From: Callorhinchus milii
Lineage: Eukaryota
NCBI RefSeq assembly: GCF_018977255.1
Contig: NW_024704742.1
Coordinates: 7,256,001-7,320,000, forward strand
Length of the DNA: 64,000 nucleotides
Direction of reading: 5' to 3'
Shown here piece after piece: positions 40,428 to 53,719 of this stretch. How positions within the stretch are numbered: position 1 is the first letter of the stretch; every line of letters starts with the position of its first letter. The notes beneath the pieces were generated by a model that saw only the letters and a list, made by a program, of their open reading frames with translations, was not told where the DNA came from and searched no databases. A program made the position numbers and the translations under genes.

Positions 40428-40925
40428 CCATTCAGCACTCTGCAGCTCATATCTTTTCCTGCACTAGGCTCCTCAAGTCTATCATTCCCATCCTCCCTGG
40501 CTCCACTGGTTCCCCATCCTCCAGAGGATTGAGTTCAAGTCTCTGTCCTCACATTCAAAGTCCTCCATTGTCTTGCCCCACCCTACTTCTTTGACCTTCT
40601 ATATCCCTATCAACACGCCCACTCCTTCCGCTTGGCCTGCTTCACGTCCCCTGCCCTGCCCGTCCCACCATCGGTGGTCAGCCTTCAGTCTTTTTTTGCT
40701 CGCATTCACCAGGAATCCCTTTGCTTCACCTCTTCATTCACTTTCTTCAAGGTCTGTCTCAAGACCTTTCTCCTTGACTGTCCCTTTGATCAACTTGACC
40801 CCTCCCCACAACCCACTTGGCCCCCACCCCTCAGGAACCCAATCCCCAGCTCGCGTGCAAACCCTCGACAATCCTGACGTGAAGGGCTCTTCAGTATAAA
40901 AATGCAATTTATTGTTGTTGTTATT
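40428..40925 (+). mobile_element. L2 3' fragment
   Basis: ctccactggttccccatcctccagaggattgagttcaag and tail. Confidence 0.8.
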
Positions 40926-41119
40926 TTGACTTCTCCTATCAAAGCTTCTCAAAGATACTATCACACCAATACAAGCTCAAACCTTGCTTATGTGACATAA
41001 CTCTAGGGATGTGATGGGATGGCAGGGCTCAGAATTTGATTATCTTGAAATTTTTTGTTACAACGTGTTTCGTGTATGTCAGAAGGACTTTCCAAAGTGC
41101 TTCACAAGGTATTCTGTTT

Positions 41120-41472
41120 ATATAATAATAATAATCCTTGCATTTGATATAGCGCCTTATGTCTTCAAGACACCATATATACTGTAAAGTGAATTAACTG
41201 TACATGTTGTGGGTGAAACGCGGCAGCCAATTGCGCACAGCAGTGCCTCACAAACAGCCATGGATTAAATGACCAATTTTTTTTTAAGGGATTATTACCC
41301 CCTGACAAGCAATCTACCAATCGACTAACAACTGGGATTGTATTTACTGCTGGTTGAACCGAGGCATGTGGAATAAGGAAACTTGCCCAAAGTTTTGCCC
41401 TACCCGGGAATCGAACCCTGGTCCTCTCGTTTGCGAGGCGAGTGCTCTAACCACTGAGATACAGGATTCCAC
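41120..41472 (-). mobile_element. tRNA SINE, long subfamily
   Basis: Reverse complement of consensus. Confidence 0.85.
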
Positions 41473-41669
41473 TTTGTTGGCAAACTCTGGAGCGAACACC
41501 TTCAATCCACAGATTACAATTAGTCTTTATTTCTCTATTGTTGCTGATCTGTTGGATGAAGATTTTATATGTTTCTTTTTATTTCTTAGCTTTCAAAAGT
41601 GTAGGCGTAAAAATTCTGATATTCGACCATATCATTCAAAATTGTGCTTAATTTCACTGGATACTTAAG

Positions 41670-42125
41670 AGTGTGTCAGCATGGTGCAGTTGGTAGCACT
41701 CGCTCTCCTCTGAGTCAGAAGATTGTGGGTTCATGCCCCACATTGGGACTTGGATCTTACATAGTCTTAGATAACAATACAGTGCTGTGGGTGTGCTCCA
41801 GTGTCAGTGTTATCCTTCGAATGAGACATTAAACCAAGGCCCCATCTATCTGTTCAGGTAGACTTAAAGAGATCCCAAGGCACGATTCGAAAAGAGAAGG
41901 CAGTTTAGTCCGGTGTGCAAGCCAAAAATCCCAAATAAAATAAAGGAATCCCACATAAAATTGGTCATTCACTTCATGGCTGTTTGTCGAACATTGTTGT
42001 GCAAAAATTGGCTGCCGTGTTCGCCAACAAAACACGGTCGGTATAATTTACAGTGCAGTTCTTTGAGATGTCCTCCTGACATCCTGAAAGGCACTATACC
42101 AAATGTAAGGATTATTATTATTATA
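41670..42125 (+). mobile_element. DeuSINE, near full length
   Basis: Head gtgtcagcatggtgcagttggtagcactcgctctcctctgagtcagaag, Deu body and tail. Confidence 0.75.
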
Positions 42126-42634
42126 ATTACTGACTGGTCTGTGTATTGGGGGAGGTATCGTCCCCATCCCCCCCTCCCTGATAATAGTTGGGTTTGAAGC
42201 TCTCACCAGTCATCAATGGAGTTCTGGCAGTGGATCATGACATTTGAATGTTGATTCCTGGATGTTGGGTTAGCTACGATTTATTTTGTTGAGTTCATCA
42301 AATTATTTTGTTTCGCCCACAAAATATACAGTCACTGCACTTTACAGTGTATTCTGTGAAGCGCTTTGAGACGTCTCGAAGACGTGATGAGGCGCTATAC
42401 CATATCCAAGGATTATTATTATTATCATTATGATTATTATTAATCCGGTGTCCCAAGAGCTTCAATTCAAATACTGTGCTCCACAGCCAGCTATTGATGG
42501 TCGATATTGATTTCAAATTCAACCGCTGAGCCAAAGCTAAACGTTTGCTCTCGCGCCAAGTCTATTCACTAGCCTCAAATGCAAGTTTTTGTAATATAAT
42601 TGTTGCCGGTGAGAATAATCATCTCACAACTCAG

Positions 42635-43140
42635 GTGTCAGCCGGGTTCAGTTGGTCACGCGCTCTCCACTGAGAAAGAAGGTTGTGGGTTAAAGCTCCT
42701 CGTCAGGACTTTGAACTCACAAAGTCCAGGCTGACACTTCGGTTCAGTGCTGGGGGTGTCTGTCTTGCATTGTTTGAGGTGCGCCCCTTTGGGTAGCGTG
42801 TTAAACCAAGGTCCTATTTGCCTGTTCAGGTGGAAGGTGAAGATCCCTTTGCACTATTCAAAAAGAGAAGGGAGTTTCTTCCGATGTTTTAGTCAACAAT
42901 CTCCAGACAAAATTAATCATTCACATTATAATCCTACTGTTGGTAGGACATTACCGCACTCTGGGACTCTGCCCTGCATGAGGGGCACTATATAAATGTA
43001 ATTGTTGCCATTGTCTGAAACTTAGCTACTGCGTTTGCCGAAAAAAATACACAGCCACTGCACTTTACAGTACAATCCTGTGAAGCGCTTTGAGACATCC
43101 TCCTGAAAGGCACAATCTGAAAGGCAAGGTTTTATTATAA
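42635..43140 (+). mobile_element. DeuSINE, near full length
   Basis: Same architecture as 41670-42125. Confidence 0.75.
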
Positions 43141-43409
43141 TTACTTTTAGTAATTGCTTTTAATAATAACTTTCACTCTATAGTTTTGTGTTTATCAAAA
43201 TGAGGGTTGATAGTGCTGAGGAATGGTACAATTACAATATTTCCAACATTGCTAAGGTGAAGAATAACATTGCTAAGGTTAATCAGCAATGTGTCTCAAC
43301 CTCACTCGCAGTAGAGTACTGACTCTCTGAAAAGAATATCAATTTATGTTTAGTTTAGGCAAGTAGAACTCATTGTGTAAACAGAAAGCATCAATGTATT
43401 TAAGGGAAA

Positions 43410-44090
43410 ATTAATAATAATCCTTGCATTTGATAGAGCGCCTTATCATAATAATAATAATAATAATAATCCTTGCATTTGATATAGTGTTTTTCACGTC
43501 GGGAGGACGTCCCAAAGCGCTTCACAGAACACACTGTAAAGTGAATATATTTGTGGGCGAACGCAGCAGACAATTGCGCACAGCAATGTCCCACAAACAG
43601 TCGTAGATTGAAAATGACCAATTTATTATTGTTTTTGGTTTTGGAGGGATTATTATTAGGCTCTGTGTGGAGTAAGGAAACTTGCCCAAGGTTTCGCCCT
43701 CTGCCTGGAATTGAACTCAGGTCTCTCGCTTGCAAAGCGAGTGCTCTAACCACTGAGCTACAGGACTCATGTCTTGGGGATGTCTCAAAGTGCTTCATAG
43801 AATATACTATCAAGTGAATTGGCTGCATATTTTGTGGGCGAAACGTGGCAGCCAATTGCATACATTTGTGTTCCACAAACAGCCGTAGATTGAGTGACCA
43901 AATTATTATTATTATGTATTTTTTTAAGGGATTATTACCATCGGAAAAGCGATCGTCAATCGGCTACCAACCAGGTTCCTACTTACTGCTAGATAAACAG
44001 AGGCATGTGGAGTAAGGAAGCTTGGCCAACATTCTCCCTGCCGGGAATCAAACCCAGGTTCTCTCGCTTGTGAGGCGAGTGCTCTAAGCA
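43410..44090 (-). mobile_element. Long-subfamily tRNA SINE (host of the nested copy)
   Basis: Tail at 43410-43447, body resumes at about 43770 through the head (gagtgctctaa) near 44087. Confidence 0.85.
43448..43769 (-). mobile_element. Young short-subfamily SINE nested inside a long-subfamily SINE
   Basis: Complete short copy interrupts the tail of the 43410-44090 element (ccttatca[insert]tgtcttgggga). Confidence 0.88.
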
Positions 44091-47084
44091 ATCATGTCTC
44101 AGAGCTGGATGTAAAGCTCTGTAGTAGGTCCTCCCGCTTGCGAGGCAGGTGTTCTAACCACTGAGCTACAGAACGTGCTGCATGAAGGAGAAGGGAATAG
44201 AGGGGTATGGGAGAGGAGAAAAGGTGAGGTGGAAGCTCTCGTGGAGTGTAAACATTGTCATGGGCCAGATGGATCGAGTGGCTGTTTCTACGCTTTAATG
44301 TTCTATGTAATTCTATGTAAAATGCTGTGCTGTGGATCTATACCCAATATGAACTGGTTTAAGATTGCTGAACTTATCTCACAGAGGATCTTTACAGCCA
44401 GGAGAATAAAGACTTACATCCATCAGCCTGATGTGGATTCAAACCCTGGTCTCAGGAGCATGCTAAACCACAACTTTTTATAGCCCCTTGTTTTATTTCC
44501 TATTTAATGCTTCACTGAATCAGAGTTTACTAAGCCAGGGGTAAAATAAATAGCAACTCCATCTGTAAAGAAATTAATCTTTAAATTACCGTTTATTTCA
44601 CTTGAAGCTTCCCTAGTTTGTAATTAGGATTGAAATAACATTAGTGATTTTCAGTCCACTGCTACTTATATGCTTAACAATCTGCTAAGGAATGATTCCA
44701 CCATACAATCCCTCCCCCAGCACCTGCACCCATGTCTTTTTCAGTTACTTCCCAGATTGAGGTACTAAGAATAGTCCTTGCATTTGTTATAGCATCTTTC
44801 AAGTCAAGAGGATGGCTCAAAGCACTTCACAGGATTTACTGTGAAGTGTAGTGACTGTGTATTTGCAGATAAACACAACAGCCAATTTGCGCAGAGCAAA
44901 TTGAAGTGAATTTTATCTGGGAGAGTTATTGAGAGTAAATCCAATTTGCAGACAACAACAACAACAACAATAACTTGCATCTATATAGCGCCCCTCTCAC
45001 AACACCTGCTTACAACAACAAGATTACATTTGTATAGCGCCTTTCACGTCGGGAGGATGTGCTTGATGCTGCATAGCCCCTTCGTAAATGGGGCATAATT
45101 TAGATATATTCTGCATAGTGCTTTTGGGTTCACCTACCAATGCACAGTCACTTCACTTAACAATATATCCTGTGAAGCGCTTTGGGACGTCTTTCCAACC
45201 TGAAAGGCGCAGTACCAAATGCAAGGATTATTATTATTATTGTTCCTGTATCTTGATTTTGTTTGAGATCAGTAAAATGCATGCATTCTGCTTAGTGGTT
45301 TACCTTTGGCAATTAAAGAGACATTGGTAAAACTAGGTTTATTGTGCATTGGTGTGTAAACGTTTAGCTTTATGTCCACAGTACTAATTTGCCGTATTCA
45401 AACATCCATGTTTCACTACATTGCACATCTATTGATGAAACTGTACATGAAAAGGCGATGCACCATCATGAGGTTGTGGACCACTAGCAGAGGCCAGGCC
45501 TAGAGCCCACTTAATTGTAGTATTGCGGGTTCACTCCCTGCATTAGGAGAAGGATTCCCCCAGAATATCCGTTTGCTCATGCACACAATCCTCGTTGCTC
45601 GATAGAAATTGATTCTTTTCTGCCTGAACTATCCAGCTTCCTGATTTGCCCTGAGCGCAGCCAATTAGCGAACTTTGACCCTCCGTGAAAGCCAGAAACG
45701 TGAGACTCGCTCTTTTCACTTCCTCTTTTTTTCTTACGTGGTTCCCTACACTTTCATTGGACAAACCAGGGATTTCTGGGCTCTGGTTTCTGCCAACAAG
45801 AACAGGATCTATGGCTGAATTTGTTCCTTTCTAGCCCAGGCTACTGGGGCAATGTCTTGCTCCTCCAACTGAGCACCTCTGATTGTGATCAGGTTATTCA
45901 GCACAGATCAGGGATTGTATCTGAATTTTACTGATCAACTGAACTCAAGCTCTCTACTGAATAGCCGGTTATCTTGGCCTTTCCTTTAACATGTGCTGCT
46001 GAGGAACAATCTTTCATTATTATCAATTTTTTGGGGGGTCAGCTGGCTGACTGACATGCCGAAACCCATCATGGTTAAGAGTAACCAAACCAAACTGAGA
46101 ATTCCATGCATCCCACTGGAATACGCCCTCTCTCCCTCCCTGGAGTGGACACATCCTGCTTACCTAACTCCGGAAAGTAATATCATCAACTTATCTAACA
46201 TTTTTGAAATGTCTCCGCTTCCTGTTTTTGTTCAGGGTAGGTAGTAAAATGGATCATAAATAGAAACCTCACATTTCCCAATTTGTTTGAGTAACTCTAT
46301 ATGGACTGCTTTGGACCTTTTATCATCGGTAGGTTAAAATAATTCTAACATAAGAACAGGCAATACGTAATGCATGCAGAAGGCCATCAATATTAAATGC
46401 CATTGTTTAAGCTCATAGACATTCACGTCAAATACCATGAAATTACAATCGGCAACAAACTGACTTTAATGCCTTTTTTGAGCGAAGAAGTTCACAGTCA
46501 TTTTCACAAATCTTGAGAAAATCTGGAATTTCGAAATGAGCTATTGCTTTTATCTGTGTTTTCATTTCAAGTGGTTACTGAAGAAATAAACCCAGAGAAT
46601 GTCATCTGAAAGGATTGTTGACTGGGAGTAATATACTTGTGATGGCTTTGCCAAATCCGAAAGTACTTCATTACGTTTTCTGAAATATAACTAAACATTC
46701 ACTGTAAATTGCATAAAAAACAGTAGGTTTTACATCCCACATTTTTTCTTTTTATAGCTTCGAACATCGTTGGTTATGTTCTCCATTATCCCATCCTTTC
46801 TTCAGATAACTCACTCTTTCTAAGATTTGTACTTGATTTTTTTAAAAGCTATCTTGAAGCTGTCACATGATATAGTGAACCTAGACTTCTAAAAGGTTTT
46901 TGACGAAGTACTGTATCAGATCAAATTTACATTACTGGGTTTCAAGGATAAGACATTTAGATTGATTCAGAATTGGTTGAAGGGAAGGAGATAGAGTTTA
47001 CGTGTTAGGAAAAATAAGTCAGAATGGCATGAAATACTAAAAGTGATGTCTGTACTGGGATCCCCTGTACTGGGATCCCCCTTG

Positions 47085-47655
47085 TAACAACAACAACTTA
47101 CATTATATAGTCCTCCTCACACAGTGTACCGCCCCAGAGCGCTTGACAGTGGCAGAGCACGACACCGAGCTGGGGGAAGGGGGAGGTGACCAGAGGCACG
47201 GTCAAATAGGAAGGTCTTCACACACGACCTGAAGATGGAGAAGGAAGGGATAAGGTGGATGGATAGAGGAAGAGTGTTCTAGAGTTTCGGGGAGTAGTGG
47301 CTGACAGCGCAGCCACCAATGGTGGAATGGAGTGCACAAGGGACCTTCAGGAGGCTGGAACCATTCAAGTGGAGACAGCAGGTTGTGGGTTGGGGGGTTA
47401 GGCAGGTCAGAGGGGTATGGTGGGGGTTGCCAGGTCATGAAGGGATTTGAAATCAAGTGTGAGGATCTTGAAATTGATCCATTCAGCGATAGGGAGCCAG
47501 TGGAACCTGACTAGAGCTGGTGTGAATGGGGTACGGAGTATAGTACGGGTGAGAATGCAGGCGGAGGAGTTTTGGATCAGGTGGATCCTGTGCACAGAGG
47601 AACTGGGGAGACCGGCAAAGAGGGCATTTGAGAAATCGAGTCGGGAAGTGACAAA
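47085..47655 (-). mobile_element. L2 3' fragment
   Basis: FVTSRLDFSNALFAGLP..HWLPIAEWINFKIL on the minus strand. Confidence 0.88.
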
Positions 47656-47989
47656 CTCACCTGGTAATATGTTAATCACCTGAACTCATAGTCAAAGTAT
47701 AAGGTAATTAATATTTGCAGATTGTACTGTTGGGATCAGAAGGATGGCCTGAGTGGAATTAATCTTCACTCACTTGCGAAGAAGGTGCAGCCAGAATAGA
47801 CAAGCTATTCTGAATAGCCAAAGTACAGAGTTAGGAAATTGAGAACAGAGGAATCAAAGTCGTTCATTTTCTGGGCTTAACAGCTCATTTAATTACTGAG
47901 GCAGAAATATATACAGTTTTGCATCAATTTGATAAACAGGGTTAAAATAAGCAAGTTTATAATAGGCGATATTATGCTTTTATGCTCAC

Positions 47990-48179
47990 GTATAGTATGC
48001 CGCCGTGGTGACAATATCAAGATTTGTAGGCGGAAGACAAAATTCTCTTAGTTTGAGAACGCTGATGACAGTGAGCTTTGAATCTTTTTCAGGTGTGTTA
48101 TTATATCGTTGATGTCTGTTCTTCTTTCTTCTTCTGACTTTACTTGAGTCTCAGAATCTCGAGCGGGAGTTCTACCCTC
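47990..48179 (-). other. Candidate non-coding exon of a divergent minus-strand transcript
   Basis: Acceptor catctttctctcatccag|, donor |gtgagc; unique CpG-retaining sequence; stops in all three frames. Confidence 0.4.
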
Positions 48180-49044
48180 CTGGATGAGAGAAAGATGCAC
48201 ACTCTCTCTCTCCCTGAACCATTAAAGTGTAGCTCAGCTATACTTCTTTAAATCATGGTTATGTACTTCAAGCCAATCAATCCATGTCAGCACCTTTTCA
48301 CCCACCTGCTTATTTTAATCATGTGGGCCTTGGCTGACTTTGATTAAGTTACAGGTCAATACAGTTGCAGTTAATTTACAACACAACAGAATTTGCAATA
48401 ACAAATTCATCTATTCTTTCTTAGCCAACTTGACTCTTCACAATACACTCACTACACATCATATCGACATCTTCTCATACCATTTTGTGCAGTATTACAG
48501 CAGCTCCCCCCTTGTCGCTTGTTACGCTTAGATAGAAGTTCTAATTAAAGTGAGCCATTAAAGTTAAAATTCACATTTTAAAACAATATTTTTTAATCAA
48601 TTTTGTAGTTCTTCAAGTCACCTCAGGACCTGCTAATAAGTAAGCACTCTGCAAGTTTAAGAACTCTGGAACCTGCTCTGTGTCAGGGGCTCTAGATAAA
48701 TGCAAATTGTTGTTGGTATTGTTCAGTATAAGCATCCTCTGCATAATCAAAACAATATGTTTATTATTTTTAATATTTTATTATTAATTATTATTTTACA
48801 ATCAAAATTGTAATTCTGGAGTTGAGCTCGATATTAAGAAGCATAAACAGACCTAACTTAACTAAAGCAAGATTTCTAATGATTCACTTCTGATTCAATC
48901 ACAGCAACAAATTGCAAAATTACAAAGTTACATTTGCATAGCGCCTCTCACGTCGGGAAGACATCCCAACACTGAGTTAAAAGGAACTATGGAATTAGAG
49001 AAGGCAGCAAAGATCTTACAAAGAGAAGTAGATAAGGCATTCAT

Positions 49045-49360
49045 AGTACTCACTTTCAAAGGCCTCCATGGCCTCGCCCTCCCCTGCCTCTGTGACCTCC
49101 TAAACCCCTACCAACCTGCCCACTCACTCCGCTTAGCGGGCTCCGGCCTGCTTCACGTCCCCCGCCTCGCCCGCCCCACCATTAGCCATTCTGCCCCCAG
49201 TCCCTCTGCCTCGCCCCCCTCACTTGCCTCCTTCATGACCCATCTCAAAACCCTCCTTCCCCAGCTCGGGTCCGAAGCACTGATTATCCAACACCTTGGG
49301 ACATCCTCCCAACATGAAAGGCTCTACACGGATATAATTTTGTTTGTTGTAGTTGTTGTC
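49045..49360 (+). mobile_element. L2 3' fragment
   Basis: LTFKGLHGLALPCLCDLLNPYQPAHSLR; tail. Confidence 0.82.
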
Positions 49361-49917
49361 ATATTGGTTGATGACGGGCAAATGAAGCTGAATACAGATA
49401 TGCGCCAGGTAACGCAAATAGGAAGTCAAATAGAAAGCATGTGCACTTCATGGATGAGATTGAACTTGTCAAAGGGAAACTGCAGGAGATCTAGGGGTGT
49501 TTGTTGACTCCTGTCAAAACAGTGTCAGGCAGCAATAAACAAGGCAAACAGGATACTGAGCTATATTGCCAAATCAATTAAGTTGAGAGTAGCTGAAGCC
49601 AGGACATTGTAACGAGAGGATTGTGAGGTTCTGCTCATTTGATCCCATCTTCATCTGAATTTTTCTTGTGATTAAACCTGCCTGTTCAGGTGGATGAACA
49701 TTAAAGATCCCATGAAAAGAAAAGGAAGTTTCTCCTGATTTACTGGCTGACGTTCTCCTGGATACAATTGGTTACTCACTTAATGGCTGTCTGTGGTTTA
49801 TTGTTTTATGCAATTAACCTGTTGCATTCACCTTTCATCTACAGTATATAGATGTCACTGCACTTCACAGTCAAAATTCCTGTGAAGTGTTTTGGGTCGT
49901 TTTGATACAATACAATG

Positions 49918-50245
49918 CAAGATGACATTTGTATAGCGCCTTTCACATCAGGAGGATGTCCCAAGGCTCTGGACAGTCAGGGATTTGGACCCGAACTGGG
50001 AGTTGGGATCAGGGAGAGTGGAGGGCAAGGAGGGCATGAGGGTGGCCGAAGACTCAGTCGAAGAGGAGAGTTTTGAGATGCGCCTTGAAGGAGGCAAGGG
50101 AGGGTGCGAGGTGGAGGGAATGTGGGATGGAGTTCAATAGGGTGGGGGCAGAAAGGCTGAAGGCCCGACCGCCGATGGTGTGGCGGGCCGGGCGGAGGAG
50201 CTGGAGCAGGCTACGGCCTGCTGAGTGGAGGGAGGCGGACAGGTT
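49918..50245 (-). mobile_element. L2 3' fragment
   Basis: Reverse complement of the GGRAFS..FKAHLKTLLF region and tail. Confidence 0.82.
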
Positions 50246-50519
50246 GATATCATGACATGCTAAGATGTTGTTTCAAACGCAAGGTTCAGTTTCATTACAA
50301 GGATTATGAAAAGCATGTTCAAATCATCTGGGACCACATTCTTAACAATGTTGCGTTCACTTTCATCCTTGAATTCAACATTATCTTTCTGATAATTGGA
50401 AAAAATGAATTAGTGATGTAAGAATGGCAAGAGGCACTATTGGAGGCACAAACATCTTAGTTGCTCATTTACAACGTAGATAAATTATTTTAGAGGATTA
50501 TATAGAAAGACAACAGCAT

Positions 50520-51085
50520 ACCATAGAATCATAGAATACTACAGCGCAGAAGGAGGCCATTCGACCCATCGTGTCTGTGCTGTCTCTTTCGAAGAGCTAC
50601 CCATTCAGTCCCACTCCCCCCCGCTCTTTTCCCATACACTCGCAAATTTTTCCTCTTCAAGTACCTATCCAATTCCCTTTTGAAAGTTGTTATTGAATCT
50701 GTTTCTACCACCCTTTCAGACCATAACAACTCTCTATGTAAAAAAAAATCTCATTACCTCCCCTCTGGATCTTTTGCCAATTATCTTGAATCCATGTGCC
50801 TTGGTTACTGACCCACGTGCCAGTGGAAATCGTTTTTCCCTATCTACTCTATCAAAACCTCTCATAATTTTGAACACCTCTATTAAATCTTCCCTTAACC
50901 TTCCCTGCTTTAAGGAGAACAAACCCAGCTTCTCTAGTCTCTCCATATAAGTTAAGTCCCTTATCCATGGTACCATTCTGGTAAATCTCCTCTGCACCTC
51001 TCCAAGGCTTGATATCTTTCCTAAAATGTGGTGTCCAGAATTGGAAACAATCCTCCAGCTGAAACCTAACTAGTGACTTATAAAG
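50520..51085 (-). mobile_element. CR1 3' fragment
   Basis: QRRFTRMVP..ERLEKLGLFSLKQGRLREDLIEVFKIMRGFD; tandem ATTCTATG tail. Confidence 0.92.
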
Positions 51086-52071
51086 TTGCTTTACGTCAAT
51101 GCTTTCATATTGTCATTGGTCATCAAGTGTTTGAGGCATTCTAACTTTGCACATTCAATAGTTTGTCAGTACGCTTACATGATGGACAATTCAACCAATT
51201 GCTTTTCAGACTGTAATTTTAAAACTCTCCCATTGATATATCATTCCCATGTGAATTTACTGGATTGACACACTGCTTTGTCAATAGCTCAGGTTGTTCT
51301 ACAAAACCTATTATTGTAACCTTCTCCATCTTTGGTTGTCACTGTTTATGTTTGGTTGTCAGTCACAGTTGATGGACCTAACTGTGAGGAAGCTTTACAA
51401 TCACATCATATCTAAACCACTCAGGAGTGATGGTTGTCACTGTGGAAAAAAAAGGCAAAAAGTTATATCAGAATCTACCCTTGCAGCAAAAGCCTTAATG
51501 TGACTCAATTTCTTTAAACAAAAACAGTTGTTGGATTAGTGAGGAATATCAATGCTGAGAAAATGATAAGCTTTTTTCACTGACATTTGATACCCAGTGT
51601 CAGAGCCAAACGTGATACGGTTTATTTCTGTCAACTTGATACAGATGCAAATAAACATCCTTCACACAAGGGACCTTTGTTCCTTGTCAGTCTGAACGTG
51701 ATATTCAGAAGAGGAGTTGCTTTGAATGAAATGTTAAACCGAGGTCCTGTCTGCCTGTCCCATGGCATTATTCAAAAAGAGAAGGGAGTTTCTCCCAGTG
51801 TCCTGGCCAACTCCTCAATGACTGTTTGTAGGACTTTGCTGTGCTCAAATTAGCTTCCTCATTTGCACACAAAACATACACTGTCACAAGACCTTACAAC
51901 GTAAGTTGTGAAGTTCTTTGAGACATTTGAACAATGTGATAAGGCTCCTTATCAAATGCAAGAGTTACATTTGTAATTACATTTGCATAGCACCTTTCAT
52001 GGTGGGAGGATGTCCCAAGGCACTGGACAGTCAGGCATTTGGATTGTACACTAAGACCTCAAAAGGGAGAT

Positions 52072-52452
52072 TATATTTGGTCAGCCTGGTGTCTGACACA
52101 TGCGGAAACCCATCACCATACTTAAGAGAATCCAAACCAAACTGAGATTTCCATACATCCCACCTACACATAAAAATCCCAGAGATAGATTGTTGGAATG
52201 GTATACACACTCTCTCCCTGGAGGGACACATCCTGTTTACCTAATTCCAGAAAGTATTAGACACAGATTGGTAAGGCTTGGAAACCTCAGAGTGTGCATT
52301 GGGGTAACTGCTGGAGTCTAACCAGCTAAAACTGCATAACTTGCTATTGATATTGGTGCCCGTCAAGCTTTCCCGCTGCTTGTCCAGCTAGGACCACCCT
52401 ACCTGTTAGGGCTTTGACTTGCAGGGTTCACAGGAGCTGAGTTGGAAGACTA
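52072..52452 (-). mobile_element. Unclassified A-tailed retroposon copy with target-site duplication
   Basis: Flanked by caaaagggagat (52060-52071) and caaaagggaaat (52453-52464); homologous to seven other copies in the window. Confidence 0.75.
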
Positions 52453-53719
52453 CAAAAGGGAAATATGACATGCAGAAATACAAAGAGAGGGCAGGCAGAA
52501 GAGATAATTCTTCCAACACAGTTAGTTAATTCCTTAAATGAAAATTCTGAAGTCATTGTGCTAAATGCAGTACTGGAGTATGCTGACCTTCTACATTTTT
52601 TATTATTATCATTGCATTATTATTAGGAGTTGCCAAATAATAGTTGAAGTTTGTCACCACGACCTGCAGAAATTCTGCTCCAGATATAGGTTTCATTGGA
52701 GGACAGATATTGTGAGTCAGTGTGATTCACTTCCACTTACTGAGAAGAGTCACTATTTATAACTCCTATTATGAATATTGCATTTTAGACCCCACTGTTA
52801 TAATTATGTGCTTCAAACCAGCATCAAAAGGACATCCCCAGAGTGCTCTGTGTGAATTTTCTTCACTGTATACCAGTAAACTGTCCGCAAGGTCAGCTAC
52901 TTTGACTGAGGTTACCAATTTGTGCTGAATTATGGGCAATTTTGTCTTGAAGGTTTGTACCCTCTGGGAACTGAACTAAGATCAACCAAATTGATCTTTG
53001 TAGCCAGAATAGATAAAGGGGCCTTTTGCCATTAGTTTAGGATCAATCTCCTGAGATGAAAGGACAGTGTGCTTACCCATTTACTTTTTCCCAGGGTAAC
53101 CATTTTAAGCCACACTCATTTTTATATAAAAGATAGACGTAACGCTTATTCAGGCGGTCGTCTGCTTTTTCAGGGGATTCCACTCAACTGCAGAAGATTA
53201 CACCACCAACAACAAATTATATTTGTACAGCGTCTTTCACGTCGGGGGGACGTCCCAAGGCGCTGGACAGTCAGGGATTAAGATTTTACACCAAGACCTC
53301 GAAAGAGAGATGTGACATGCAGAAACACAAAGAGAAGGCGGGCAGAAGAGGTCGTTCTTCCAATAGACATGACAGAGTTAGTTGGTTTCTTAAATGGAAA
53401 CGCTGATGCCATTGTACGAAATGCAGTACTGCAGTGTGATAACCTTCTAACATTTTTTTTTGCTCCGCAGCTTTGGCTCTTCACAAAAAATAATAATAAT
53501 CATAATAATAATCCTTGCATTTGATATAGAGCCTTATCACTCTACATCAAATAGAGTGATATTTGATATATATATCAGAGCGCTTCACCGTAAAGTGAAA
53601 AGTGAATTGACCGTATAATTTTTTTGCGGGACGAAATGCGGCAGACAATTGCGCGACCCCCGCCGCAAACAGTCGGCCAATTTATTAGGATTATTATTTA
53701 TTATAATTATTATCATGGA

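Noticed and set aside
47051..47081. 15-bp tandem duplication tgtactgggatcccc (similar short duplications near 35800 and 43250)
   Set aside because: Ordinary slippage or repair duplications; only two units, not an array.
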